Shown here piece after piece: positions 49,492 through 61,522 of a stretch of 64,000 nt of DNA. A program made the translations under genes and the position numbers. The notes under the pieces were generated by a model, which was not told the origin of the DNA, did not search any database, and saw only the letters and a list, made by a program, of their open reading frames with translations. The DNA lies in contig CAXXLV010000001.1 in assembly GCA_963664305.2 (NCBI GenBank), forward strand, positions 832,001-896,000, in the 5' to 3' direction. This DNA comes from an uncultured Aliarcobacter sp. GTDB taxonomy: Bacteria > Campylobacterota > Campylobacteria > Campylobacterales > Arcobacteraceae. Positions within the stretch are counted from its first letter, which is position 1. Each line of letters opens with the position of its first letter.

Positions 49492-50232
49492 TTAAATATT
49501 AGTTATAAAAACTTTTTTGACGGCACCTTTAAAATAAATGATACCATCCTTAATTGAAAGAGTTAATTGTTCTCCACTTTTTGGATAAACAAAAGCTTTT
49601 TCTTTTACTAAATTCAAATTAAAAGCTCTTAAAAAACATGCAGCCATTCCTGTACCACATGCCAAAGTTTCTCCTTCAACACCACGTTCGTATGTTCTAA
49701 CTTTTATAAATCCGTCTTCTATTTTTGCGAAATTTACATTTGCATTATGTTTATATCTCATTTTTGCGGATAAATTGTGATCATATAAATTTAGATCATC
49801 AACTATAGTTACTAAATGAGGAACACCAGTATCAACAAGATACCAAGTTAATCCCTCTTCTTGAAACTCTTCTTTTACAACTATTGGTGCAGTAAGTTGC
49901 GTTTCAACTATATCATTTTCGATAGTTGATTTTATTAATCCGGCACCAGTTAAGAATTTTGTTTCATTTGAAGTAATTAATCCATTTGTAAACGCGTAAT
50001 GTGCACAGGCTCTAGTTGCATTCCCACACATAGCAGCATCACTTCCATCACTATTATAAAATAGCCATTTGAAGTCTGCTTCATTTGTTGGAACCAAAAC
50101 TACAAAACCATCAGCACCGATTCCTTCAGTTCGATTACATAATTTTATTGCATCTTCTGAATAATCTTTTTCAACAAAAGAGTGACATATGATAAAATCA
50201 TTTCCACTCGCACTATATTTTGTGTATGTCAT
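49492..50232 (-). CDS. dapF: diaminopimelate epimerase
   Basis: GNDF, GIGADG, NSDGS..MCGN, GVPH, ERGVEGETLACGTG. Confidence 0.95.
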   Translation of the reverse strand: MTYTKYSASGNDFIICHSFVEKDYSEDAIKLCNRTEGIGADGFVVLVPTNEADFKWLFYNSDGSDAAMCGNATRACAHYAFTNGLITSNETKFLTGAGLIKSTIENDIVETQLTAPIVVKEEFQEEGLTWYLVDTGVPHLVTIVDDLNLYDHNLSAKMRYKHNANVNFAKIEDGFIKVRTYERGVEGETLACGTGMAACFLRAFNLNLVKEKAFVYPKSGEQLTLSIKDGIIYFKGAVKKVFITNI

Positions 50233-50819
50233 ATAATTTCTCCGATGATTCTTTCTACTTCATCTTGTAAATGTTTTAAATCTTTTGAATTATCAATTAC
50301 CATATCAGCAAGATTTTTTTTCTCTTCAATATCCATTTGATTAGAAATTTTTAATTTTGCTTCATTCTCATCAATATTATCTCTTTTCATAAGTCTTTGA
50401 ATTTGTAACTCTTTTGGAGTATAAATAACTAAAGATTTAGGAATTGGATAATGCATTTTTTCAAAGAATAGTGGAATATCTACAAAATACGGTTTATTTT
50501 GTTCTTCAAAGACTTTTGATTCTTTAATTATCTCTTCTTTAATTAAAGGGTGAAGTAGAGCTTCAAGTTTTAACTTGTTTTCTTCATTTGAAAAAATGAT
50601 TTTTCCAAGTTCTTTTCTTAAAACTTTTCCATTTTCCACATACTGTTTTCCAAACATTTCAATAATCTTATCAGAGTTCTCATCCAATAGCTTATGAGCT
50701 ATTTTATCAGCATCAATAGTTAGAAAACCATGAAGCTTAAATAGGTTGCAAACAGTACTTTTTCCAGTTGAAATTCCGCCTGTTAAAGCGATAGCGTTTT
50801 TAAATAAATCATTACTCAT
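50229..50819 (-). CDS. coaE: dephospho-CoA kinase
   Basis: LTGGISTGKST, IDAD, HPLI, DIPLFFE. Confidence 0.95.
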   Translation of the reverse strand: MSNDLFKNAIALTGGISTGKSTVCNLFKLHGFLTIDADKIAHKLLDENSDKIIEMFGKQYVENGKVLRKELGKIIFSNEENKLKLEALLHPLIKEEIIKESKVFEEQNKPYFVDIPLFFEKMHYPIPKSLVIYTPKELQIQRLMKRDNIDENEAKLKISNQMDIEEKKNLADMVIDNSKDLKHLQDEVERIIGEII

Positions 50820-50869
50820 AGTAATATTTTACTATAAAAATGATTTATTTTTATTAAATAGGAGAATTT

Positions 50870-51418
50870 TTATCTTTTAGCGATACCAGTAAGTGCTCTA
50901 AATTCGGCAGCTGGGAATACAAATGAAGCATTGTGTATTTCTGCAGAATAGTAATCTAAATCATCAAGTAAATCAGCTCTTTGTAGATTTAAATCAGCAG
51001 TTGGATGATATCTTTTTGATGCAATAATTGAAGTATTATGTCCAAATCTAAATGGCATAGCAATCCAGAATTTTGACCCAACTAATTTTAAATCTGCTAA
51101 TAATTGTTCTTCATCTTTTGAAAATGCTTTTGTTGCAAAACAAATTAATCCATCATCATTTAAAATTCTTTCAATATTTGCAAGTAATAATTCATCGATT
51201 TTAACATCAGTTAAAATTATTACATCAACGTTTTTTTCGTTTTTAGAAGTTAAAAAAGATGTGTCTCCAAATTCAATTTTTGAAGTTTTATTATGTTTAG
51301 AAGCTTCTGATTTTAAATCTTCATCAACAGTTCCAATTATTAGAACATTTGCGGCTTCTTTATGAGTACATAATGGCACATGTACCATCATTTCATTAAA
51401 TGCGTAATTATCTTTCAT
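50870..51418 (-). CDS. short spermidine synthase-like protein
   Basis: EMMVHVPLCTH...VLIIG; YYSAEIHNASFVFP; only 182 aa, no GGGDG motif. Confidence 0.7.
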   Translation of the reverse strand: MKDNYAFNEMMVHVPLCTHKEAANVLIIGTVDEDLKSEASKHNKTSKIEFGDTSFLTSKNEKNVDVIILTDVKIDELLLANIERILNDDGLICFATKAFSKDEEQLLADLKLVGSKFWIAMPFRFGHNTSIIASKRYHPTADLNLQRADLLDDLDYYSAEIHNASFVFPAAEFRALTGIAKR

Positions 51419-51517
51419 TATATATAGTCCTTAATATTTATAAACATTTTGCTATAATACCAAAAAATTTTTAAAGTATTCGTAGATTAGAAAATTGAAT
51501 ATAAAAAAAGGTGAATA

Positions 51518-52513
51518 ATGGCAACAGTTAGTTACAAAGATGCAGGTGTTGATATTGATGCAGGAAATCAATTTGTAGAAAATATTAAACCATACGTTAA
51601 ATCAACAGTAATTCCAGGAGTTTTAGGTGGAATTGGTTCTTTTGCAGGAGCATTCGAGTTACCAAGTGGATATAAAAAACCTGTATTACTTTCAGGAACT
51701 GATGGTGTTGGTACAAAATTAAAATTAGCAATTGATTCTAAAAAATTTGATACAGTTGGTATTGACTTAGTTGCAATGTGTACAAATGATTTATTATGTA
51801 ATTTTGGAGAACCATTATTTTTCCTAGATTATTATGCAACTGCAAAACTTGAAGTTGAAGAAGCAACTCAAGTTGTAAAAGGAATTGCAGAGGGTTGTAT
51901 TAGAAGTGAGTGTGCATTAGTTGGTGGTGAAACTGCTGAAATGCCAGGAATGTATAAAGAAGGTGATTTCGATTTAGCTGGTTTCTGTGTTGGAATAGCT
52001 GAAAAAGATGAATTAAATAGAATTGATAAAATTGCAGTTGGAGATACTTTAATTGCATTACCAAGTTCTGGAGTTCACTCAAATGGTTTTTCATTAGTTA
52101 GAAAACTTTTATTAGAAAAATTAGGAATGTCTTTAGAAGATGATTTCCAAGGAAAACCACTTAAAGATGTTTTACTTGAACCAACTAGAATTTATGTAAA
52201 AGAGTTCAAAGCTAATAAAGATAAAATCAATGCTTTAGCACACATCACTGGTGGTGGAATTACTGAAAACTTACCAAGAGTTTTACCAGATAATTTTAAA
52301 GCAGTTGTTGATAGAAGTAAAATCAAAGTTTTACCAATTTTTGAATTTATGGGTAAACATGTAGAACTTGAAGAGATGTATAGAACATTTAACATGGGTG
52401 TAGGAATGGTTTTAGTTGTAAATCCTTCAAATGTTGATGCAATCTTAGCAAACACTGATGGATATGTTATTGGACATATTGCTGAGGGTGCAAAAGGTGT
52501 AGAGTTTATCTAA
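51518..52513 (+). CDS. purM: phosphoribosylformylglycinamidine cyclo-ligase
   Basis: YKDAGVDI, TDGVGTK, GGETAEMP, SSGVHSNGFSL, HITGGG, FNMGVG. Confidence 0.97.
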   Translation: MATVSYKDAGVDIDAGNQFVENIKPYVKSTVIPGVLGGIGSFAGAFELPSGYKKPVLLSGTDGVGTKLKLAIDSKKFDTVGIDLVAMCTNDLLCNFGEPLFFLDYYATAKLEVEEATQVVKGIAEGCIRSECALVGGETAEMPGMYKEGDFDLAGFCVGIAEKDELNRIDKIAVGDTLIALPSSGVHSNGFSLVRKLLLEKLGMSLEDDFQGKPLKDVLLEPTRIYVKEFKANKDKINALAHITGGGITENLPRVLPDNFKAVVDRSKIKVLPIFEFMGKHVELEEMYRTFNMGVGMVLVVNPSNVDAILANTDGYVIGHIAEGAKGVEFI

Positions 52514-52553
52514 TTCTTAGATAAATTCCATTTTTTTAAAAGGCAAGTATTTT

Positions 52554-53585
52554 TTACTTGCCTTTTTTTATTTCTTCATAATATTTTAAAATCTCAACAA
52601 CTTTTGAAGCATAACCCCATTCATTGTCATACCAAAGTAGTAGTTTAATCATATTGTTCTTTACTTCTAAATATCTAAAATCAACTATGGTTGTATATTT
52701 TTCCTTTTTAAAATCACTTGAAACTAAAGGTTCAATATTATTTAGAATTATTGGAAATTGTTGATTTTTTTCATACTCTTTAAAAAGTTCTATAATCTCA
52801 TTTTTTGTTGAACTTTTTTTTGTAAATAAAGTTACATTTATAGCACCAACTGTATCTGTTGGAACTCTCAAAGAGTTTGATGAGATAAGGTCTTGATTGA
52901 ATTTTTCTAAAACATAAGAACATGCCTTTATAGTAGTTGTTTTATTTGGAATAATATTTTGAGTTGAAGACCTTCCAAATTCAAAATTACAATCAACTTC
53001 TCTAGTTGGGCTTCCAACAAAACTTCCATCTAAAACTCTTTGATGATTTAAAAGAGGGTGAATAGTAACTATATCTCCACATAAAATCTTTTTATTTTCA
53101 TCTATTAGTTTTAAAGCTGGAAGTAGGGCAGTTGCATTACATGAACTTGTAGAGATGATTTTATGAATAGTTGGATTTAGTTTCTCTTCATTTGCTCCCA
53201 AAATCACATTTATATCTGCATTTTTGTTTGGGTGAGTTAAAAAAATAGCACTAACAGGAAGACTTTTTAGAAGATTTATATCCTCTTTTTTTCCACTAGA
53301 ATCAATAATAATATCTATATTTGTTAAATCAAGTTTATCTAGGGAATTAAAATTTGTGATTTTTATTTTTGAGTTTTTATTTTTTATATAGTTATTTTCA
53401 ACTATTTCAAATTTATTTTCAAGTTTTCCATAAGTTGAATCATAGTTTATAGAATAAACTATATTTTCAATATATGGATTTATTTCATTTATAATAACTA
53501 TTTCAAAATCTTTATAATCTAGTAACTGTTTTAAAACAGCCTTACCAATTCTTCCTGCACCATTTAAAAGTACTTTTATTGCCAT
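52554..53585 (-). CDS. divergent GAPDH / erythrose-4-phosphate dehydrogenase family protein
   Basis: NGAGRIG, YDSTYG, SSCNATA, NIIP, RVPT, WYDNEWGY. Confidence 0.8.
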   Translation of the reverse strand: MAIKVLLNGAGRIGKAVLKQLLDYKDFEIVIINEINPYIENIVYSINYDSTYGKLENKFEIVENNYIKNKNSKIKITNFNSLDKLDLTNIDIIIDSSGKKEDINLLKSLPVSAIFLTHPNKNADINVILGANEEKLNPTIHKIISTSSCNATALLPALKLIDENKKILCGDIVTIHPLLNHQRVLDGSFVGSPTREVDCNFEFGRSSTQNIIPNKTTTIKACSYVLEKFNQDLISSNSLRVPTDTVGAINVTLFTKKSSTKNEIIELFKEYEKNQQFPIILNNIEPLVSSDFKKEKYTTIVDFRYLEVKNNMIKLLLWYDNEWGYASKVVEILKYYEEIKKGK

Positions 53586-53641
53586 AACTTAACCTATACA
53601 AATTTTATAATTGGTAGTATAGTTTAATTTTATTTATATAA

Positions 53642-54340
53642 TTATTTTCTTTCCATTTCTATGAATAAAATATGACTCTTTGTAAGAGGTTTAACTGTTA
53701 ATTTATCAACGTCAACTATTTCCATTGCATCACCATTTTCTAAAGTGATACCATTTATATTTGAACTTCCTTCAATTTGTACAAAGTATACTTGTCTATT
53801 TTCTTTTATTTCAAAATCAAAATCTTTATCAAATTCACTTACATAAATATTTATATCTTGATAGATTTTTATATCACTATCACCATCTTGTGATGATACA
53901 ATTTTTAACAACTTATTAGCTCTTTCATTTTCTTCATATTTCTTTGAACCATAAAGTCTTGGCAGACCAGCTTTGGGAGGAATAATCCAAATCTGTAAAA
54001 GTCTTAAATCATCACTATTATGAAGATTATGTTCACTATGATAAATGCCATCACCAGCACTTAAATATTGAACTTCTCCTCTTTTTAGAGTTTCACTATT
54101 TCCCATAGAATCTTTGTGAGTAATCTCTCCATTTACAACATAAGAGATTATTTCCATATTTGAATGTGGATGTGTATCAAATCCTGACATAGGATGCACA
54201 ATATCATCATTTAAAACTCGCAAAACTCCAAAGTTTATATTATTTGGATTTCTATACTCTGCAAAACTAAAATGAAAACGACTCTCTAACCAACCAAGAT
54301 TAGATGTTCCCATATTTCCTTTTGGTAATTTTTTTAACAT
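53642..54340 (-). CDS. pirin family protein (YhhW-like)
   Basis: FSFAEY, LRVLNDD, HPHSNMEI, HKDSMGN, GIYHSE, LQIWI. Confidence 0.93.
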   Translation of the reverse strand: MLKKLPKGNMGTSNLGWLESRFHFSFAEYRNPNNINFGVLRVLNDDIVHPMSGFDTHPHSNMEIISYVVNGEITHKDSMGNSETLKRGEVQYLSAGDGIYHSEHNLHNSDDLRLLQIWIIPPKAGLPRLYGSKKYEENERANKLLKIVSSQDGDSDIKIYQDINIYVSEFDKDFDFEIKENRQVYFVQIEGSSNINGITLENGDAMEIVDVDKLTVKPLTKSHILFIEMERK

Positions 54341-54343
54341 AAT

Positions 54344-54847
54344 TTACTCCTTTACTAAGGTTTCAAATTGTGAAAGAATTCTCTCTAAACTATCAACATT
54401 ACATTTTTTTTCATAAGTTGTAATAATTTCTCTTGGCATTACAACTGCACCAAGTCTTGTAAATTGGCTTCTTAATGCATTTAATAAATCTTGTCCATTA
54501 CTTCCTGAATGAGTTGCAAGTTGAATTTTTTTCAAAGTAAATAATTTTCTAAAATTATCTCCAATTCTTGAAACCCATGCTATCATATTTACAAGTACAG
54601 GAGGAACACTAAAATTATATTCAGGTGAAACAAAAATATAAGCAGTTGCATTTTCCATCTCATTCGCTAAATCTAAAGCAATTTGAGGAATACCATCATG
54701 TTGTTCTTTAAAAGTATCATACATTGGTAGATTTAACTCTACCAAATTTATTATTTTCGAATTTATATTTTTATTATCTAATTTATCTTTTATTATATTT
54801 GCAAGATTTACATTTTCATTTAAACTTGCTACAAAAATTAATATCAT
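54344..54847 (-). CDS. NADPH-dependent FMN reductase family protein
   Basis: LPMYD, SPEYNFSVPPVLVN. Confidence 0.85.
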   Translation of the reverse strand: MILIFVASLNENVNLANIIKDKLDNKNINSKIINLVELNLPMYDTFKEQHDGIPQIALDLANEMENATAYIFVSPEYNFSVPPVLVNMIAWVSRIGDNFRKLFTLKKIQLATHSGSNGQDLLNALRSQFTRLGAVVMPREIITTYEKKCNVDSLERILSQFETLVKE

Positions 54848-54859
54848 TTTTAACTCCTT

Positions 54860-55624
54860 TTATTTATCAAAAATGAAGCTTTCCATTGAAATATTTGAAT
54901 ATTGCATTTCACTATTTATTGATTTTCCTTTTTTATCTATAGCATTACCAAAAGCTATAAATAAAGGTAAAAAATGTTCGCTTGATGGATGGTTTTTTCG
55001 GAAATTTATATCTGATGTAATATTTAATAAACCATTTTTATCACTATTTTCTATAATATATTTAATTTTTTCATTAAAATCTTTTGCATAACTTTTAGGA
55101 GTAAGGCTATAACTCATATCTCCAAGATTGTGAGTAACACCACCACTACAAATAATCATTGCGTCATCTTTAAAAACTTTTAATTTTTCACCTAAATTCA
55201 TTAGTTCAGATGGACTATATGAATAAGGAATACTTAGTTGAAGAACAGGAATGTCTAACTTTTCATATAATAAAGCTAGAACATTCCATACTCCATGATC
55301 ATAACTTTTTCTGCTCTCATCGATAGATATATTTATATTCTCTTTTTTTAAAGTTTCGATGAGGTTGGAAGTTAAATCTTTATCACTATTTATTTCATAA
55401 ACAACTTTATATAATTCATCTTCAAAGCCATAAAAATCGTACATAATTTTATTTGCTTCAGGGCTAATAATTTTTAATTCATTTGTAACATAATGTGCAG
55501 AAACAATTATTATATATTTAGGAATAGATAAACTTTTTCCTAGTTTTTGAAAATTCCTTTTTGATTTAGAGTCACTTAAAATTATATTTGGTGCTCCGTG
55601 TGAAATAAATAGTGTTGGATACAT
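54860..55624 (-). CDS. DODA/YgiD-type extradiol dioxygenase
   Basis: FISHGAP, SAH, YDFYGF, DHGVW, SGGVTHNL, HPSSEHFLPL. Confidence 0.9.
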   Translation of the reverse strand: MYPTLFISHGAPNIILSDSKSKRNFQKLGKSLSIPKYIIIVSAHYVTNELKIISPEANKIMYDFYGFEDELYKVVYEINSDKDLTSNLIETLKKENINISIDESRKSYDHGVWNVLALLYEKLDIPVLQLSIPYSYSPSELMNLGEKLKVFKDDAMIICSGGVTHNLGDMSYSLTPKSYAKDFNEKIKYIIENSDKNGLLNITSDINFRKNHPSSEHFLPLFIAFGNAIDKKGKSINSEMQYSNISMESFIFDK

Positions 55625-55635
55625 TTTTCCCTCAA

Positions 55636-55839
55636 TTATTTTTCATGTGAACCATCACAGAATGGTGCATTTGCTGTTTTTTTACAGCCACATAAATGAT
55701 ACTCTTTAGTTTCACTTACAGTAAAAACTTTTGGTGTAAATTCAGTTCCTTTGTGTGAACCATTACAGAAAACTCCATCTGTACCTTTACCACATGTACA
55801 GTAGTAATATTCTTTGTTTGCTTCTAATAAAGTTGCCAT
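55636..55839 (-). CDS. CDGSH iron-sulfur domain protein (two motifs)
   Basis: CTCG...FCNGSH and LCGC...PFCDGSH. Confidence 0.92.
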   Translation of the reverse strand: MATLLEANKEYYYCTCGKGTDGVFCNGSHKGTEFTPKVFTVSETKEYHLCGCKKTANAPFCDGSHEK

Positions 55840-55864
55840 TTTTTATCCTTTAAATTTTAGCTAA

Positions 55865-56431
55865 TTACTTAGCTAAAATTCCTTCAATTTCTACATCTAA
55901 TTTAACAGTTTCATCAACTAACATTCCACCAGTTTCTAAAACTTTATTCCATTTTAAACCAAAATCAGTTCTATTGATTTTTCCTGATAATGCTAAAGCA
56001 ACTCTTGTATTTCCCCATGGATCAATCGCAGTTCCATTATTTTCTAAATCAAGTTTAACATCTTTAGTTACACCTTTGATAGTTAATTTTCCATAAGCTG
56101 CATCTTTTTCAACTTTATCTAATTTAAAAGTTAGTTTTGGGAAGTTTGCTTCATCAAAAAAATCTGCAGATTTTAAGTGACCATCTCTTTTTTCATCTTC
56201 AGTATTGATTGAAGCAACAGTTACATCACCAACTAAACTTTTTAATGTTTTTGTTTTTTCATCATATTCAAACGAACCATTGAATGTATCAAATTTTCCA
56301 GATACATTTGAAATCATTAAGTGTTTAATTTTAAACCCAACATTTGAATGACTCGCGTCAACATTATAAGTTCCTGCAAAAAGAGCACTTGAAGCGATAA
56401 CTGAAGCTAATCCTAATTTTAAAAATTTCAT
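55865..56431 (-). CDS. YceI-family periplasmic protein
   Basis: Signal peptide; FKIKHLMI, RDGHLKSADFF, GKLTIKG, DPWG. Confidence 0.92.
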   Translation of the reverse strand: MKFLKLGLASVIASSALFAGTYNVDASHSNVGFKIKHLMISNVSGKFDTFNGSFEYDEKTKTLKSLVGDVTVASINTEDEKRDGHLKSADFFDEANFPKLTFKLDKVEKDAAYGKLTIKGVTKDVKLDLENNGTAIDPWGNTRVALALSGKINRTDFGLKWNKVLETGGMLVDETVKLDVEIEGILAK

Positions 56432-56458
56432 TTTTTATTCCTTATTTTTATTATTTTA

Positions 56459-56476
56459 TATTACTAATTAGTACTT
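56459..56476. promoter_or_regulatory. MarR operator copy upstream of yceI
   Basis: TATTACTAATTAGTACTT, near-identical to the palindrome at 56969. Confidence 0.75.
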
Positions 56477-56493
56477 TTAAAGCAAAAAAATAT

Positions 56494-56952
56494 TTAATTT
56501 GCTTTGTAAACCTTATTCAATAAATCATATAAAGTATCCAATTCTTCATCACTTAAAACTTCTAATGCTTTATGTAAATTTTTTGCGTGATTTGGAAAAA
56601 CTTCTTCAATAATATCTCTACCTTTTTGTGTAATTGATAAAATTGATGCTCTATTATCATTTGGGTCTTTTATTGATGTAATCCATTCATCTCTTTTTAA
56701 ATTTTTTACAACAACAGTGATATTCCCTGGTGTGCTCATTGTTAATTTTGTGATTGAACCAATATTTAAATCACCTAAATGATATAAAACTTCTAATACT
56801 TTAAATTGATTAAACGTTAGATTATGTTTCGATAAATAATTAACAGTTAAATTTGTGATTTTTAAACTTGCTTTTTCTAATCTAACAACAGTTTTCATAG
56901 ATTTATCAGTTCTTGAACCATATGATTTTAAAGTTTTATTATTCATTGACAT
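56494..56952 (-). CDS. MarR-family transcriptional regulator (MhqR-like)
   Basis: LT..QFKVLEVLYHLG, GNITVVVKNL, DPNDNRA, ITQKG. Confidence 0.9.
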   Translation of the reverse strand: MSMNNKTLKSYGSRTDKSMKTVVRLEKASLKITNLTVNYLSKHNLTFNQFKVLEVLYHLGDLNIGSITKLTMSTPGNITVVVKNLKRDEWITSIKDPNDNRASILSITQKGRDIIEEVFPNHAKNLHKALEVLSDEELDTLYDLLNKVYKAN

Positions 56953-56968
56953 ACTCCTTGTGAAATTA

Positions 56969-56986
56969 TATTACTAATTAGTAATA
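56969..56986. promoter_or_regulatory. MarR autoregulatory operator
   Basis: Perfect 18-bp palindrome TATTACTAATTAGTAATA just upstream of the marR start. Confidence 0.8.
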
Positions 56987-57010
56987 ATGTCAAGAGTAAA
57001 TTAAAAAAAT

Positions 57011-57634
57011 TTATGATTTTTTTGCTGTTGACATTAGAAATGCCGCAAATATAAGGAATAAGCCAGTAATTCTATTTTGAATTTTTAAAGCTTTTACATC
57101 TTTTAATAGAAATTTTAATTTTGATGCCATTGAAGAATATCCAATCATAACAAAAATATCTACTAAACTTAATGTTAAACTAATAATTAAAAATTGAAAT
57201 AAAATTGATTCATTAGGATTCAAAAATTGAGGGATAAATGCAACTAAAAAAACAGTAGCTTTTATATTTGTAAGATTAATTAATGTTGCACTTAGTAATA
57301 CTTTTTTTGGATTATAAGAGTTTATTTTTTCTTCATTATTTATAACTTCAACTTTTTTAAAAAAAGCATTTAATCCTAAATACAAAAGATAACAAACACC
57401 AATCCATTTTATAATATTAAAAAGTAAAATTGATTTAGCAATTAATGAACCAAGACCGATAATTACAATTAACATTTGAATTATATATCCAAATTGTAAT
57501 CCAAGTATTGCCCAAAGTGATTTTTTTAAACCATAATTAATTCCATAATTCATAGAAAGTACTGCTCCAGCTCCTGGTGAAACAGAAATAGCAATTGCAG
57601 CTAAAAAGAGAGTTAACCAAATCTCAAAACTCAT
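57011..57634 (-). CDS. LysE/RhtB-family amino acid exporter
   Basis: SPGAG, YLLYLG, NLTNIKA, FIPQF. Confidence 0.9.
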   Translation of the reverse strand: MSFEIWLTLFLAAIAISVSPGAGAVLSMNYGINYGLKKSLWAILGLQFGYIIQMLIVIIGLGSLIAKSILLFNIIKWIGVCYLLYLGLNAFFKKVEVINNEEKINSYNPKKVLLSATLINLTNIKATVFLVAFIPQFLNPNESILFQFLIISLTLSLVDIFVMIGYSSMASKLKFLLKDVKALKIQNRITGLFLIFAAFLMSTAKKS

Positions 57635-57754
57635 AAAATATGTCCTAATTTTTTGAAATTATACAACATGAAACTTACTTAACCGATTAATAAACTATAT
57701 TTAGATAAAATGTTTCGTTTTGCTATAAAAGAATGAAAATATAAGGATAATGAA

Positions 57755-58861
57755 ATGCTATTAACACCAGGTCCAACTCCTGTACCAGAATTTGTTAGAA
57801 AAGCAATGTCAGATGTTACTATACATCATAGAACTGAAGAGTTTGAAGCAATTTTTAAAAATACTAGAGAATTATTATTAGAATTATACGGAATGCCTGA
57901 AGTTGTAATGTTAGCTTCAAGTGGAACAGGTGCAATGGAGGCTTGTGTTACAAATTTAACACATAAAAAAGCACTTACTGTTAATTCTGGAAAATTTGGT
58001 GAGAGATTCGGAAAAATTTGTGCTGCTTTTGGTATTGAATATACTGAAATTAAAAATGAATGGAATACTCCTGTATCAGTAGATGCTGTTGTTGAAGCTG
58101 TAAAAGCTGATTCATCAATTGATGCTGTATTCATTCAAATTTGTGAAAGTGCTGGAGGTTTAAGACACCCAGTTGAGCAAATTGCTGCAGAAGTTAAAAA
58201 AATCAATAAAGATATTATGATTATTGCTGATGGAATTACAGCTATTGGTGTTGAAAAAATTGATACAACAAATCTTGATGCAGTTGTAACAGGAAGCCAA
58301 AAAGCTTTAATGTTACCTCCTGGTCTTGCAATGATTGGATTCTCAAATGCAGCTGTTGCAAAAATTGAGTCAAAACCAAGAGGTTATTATTTTAATCTTG
58401 CAATTGAAATCAAAAAACAAAGAACAAATACAACTGCTTGGACAGCTGCAACAACTTTAATCATTGGATTAGGTGCAATTTTAGAAAAATTAAAAGCTGA
58501 TGGATTTGAAAACTTATATGCTAAAACAGCTTTAAGAGCAAAAGCTACAAGAGAAGCTTTAAAAGCAATTGGTTTTGAAATATATCCAAAAACTCCAGCA
58601 GATGCAATGACAACAGCTTATACAGAACAATCAAGTGCAATTAGAAAAATATTAAAAAATAAATATAATGTAAATATTGCAGGTGGTCAAGATCATTTAG
58701 CTGGTAAAATCTTTAGAATTAATCACATGGGATTAGTAGAAGATTATGAAGCTTCATGGGCTGTAAATGCAGTTGAATTAGCACTTGATGATTTAGGTAT
58801 TAGAACATTTGATGGAACAGCAAATAAAGTTTTTGCATCAAATATGTTTAAAGGAAATTAA
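57755..58861 (+). CDS. class V PLP aminotransferase (alanine-glyoxylate / phosphoserine aminotransferase-like)
   Basis: LLTPGPT, SGTGAME, GKFGERF, GSQKALMLPPGL, FRINHMG. Confidence 0.9.
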   Translation: MLLTPGPTPVPEFVRKAMSDVTIHHRTEEFEAIFKNTRELLLELYGMPEVVMLASSGTGAMEACVTNLTHKKALTVNSGKFGERFGKICAAFGIEYTEIKNEWNTPVSVDAVVEAVKADSSIDAVFIQICESAGGLRHPVEQIAAEVKKINKDIMIIADGITAIGVEKIDTTNLDAVVTGSQKALMLPPGLAMIGFSNAAVAKIESKPRGYYFNLAIEIKKQRTNTTAWTAATTLIIGLGAILEKLKADGFENLYAKTALRAKATREALKAIGFEIYPKTPADAMTTAYTEQSSAIRKILKNKYNVNIAGGQDHLAGKIFRINHMGLVEDYEASWAVNAVELALDDLGIRTFDGTANKVFASNMFKGN

Positions 58862-58866
58862 TAAGA

Positions 58867-60965
<2,099 letters not shown>

Positions 60966-60970
60966 AAAAT

Positions 60971-61522
60971 ATGAGGTTAAAATTACATCATACGCCATAT
61001 GTCTCAAGAAGAATAACTAGAGATTTAGCTAATTGTGAATTTGTAGAAATAAGAAAAGATAAAAATGCTATTGAAGCAGAAGTAGAAAGAATACTTGATG
61101 CTGATATTGAAAAAGAGTTTGCATTAGATGAAAAAGTTCAAGAGATTTTAGAAGCACAAGAAGAAGAGATTGAGTATTTAAATGCTGATAGAAGACAACT
61201 TTTCTGGATGACAAAAAAGAGATTGGCAAATGATTATGGAGTTATTTTAAATAATGAAGATAGATTTTCTGATATTGCACATAAAATATTAGATTATCTA
61301 TGGGAAGAAGATTTTATACACTATACATGCTCAGACAATCAAGTAAAAAATGTAATTTTTAGCTCATTAGATGATTTTATAAAAGGTTTTGAAAAAGCTG
61401 ATAGTGAAGTATTAACAAAACTGAAAAATTACAAAAGAAAACTTATCCCTGGAACTGAGGATTATGATTTAGTTTATCATAGACTATATGAAGAGGAATT
61501 AATAAAAAGAGGATTAATATAA
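60971..61522 (+). CDS. DUF507-like protein
   Basis: Acidic helical protein with two related halves, between purA and carA. Confidence 0.6.
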   Translation: MRLKLHHTPYVSRRITRDLANCEFVEIRKDKNAIEAEVERILDADIEKEFALDEKVQEILEAQEEEIEYLNADRRQLFWMTKKRLANDYGVILNNEDRFSDIAHKILDYLWEEDFIHYTCSDNQVKNVIFSSLDDFIKGFEKADSEVLTKLKNYKRKLIPGTEDYDLVYHRLYEEELIKRGLI

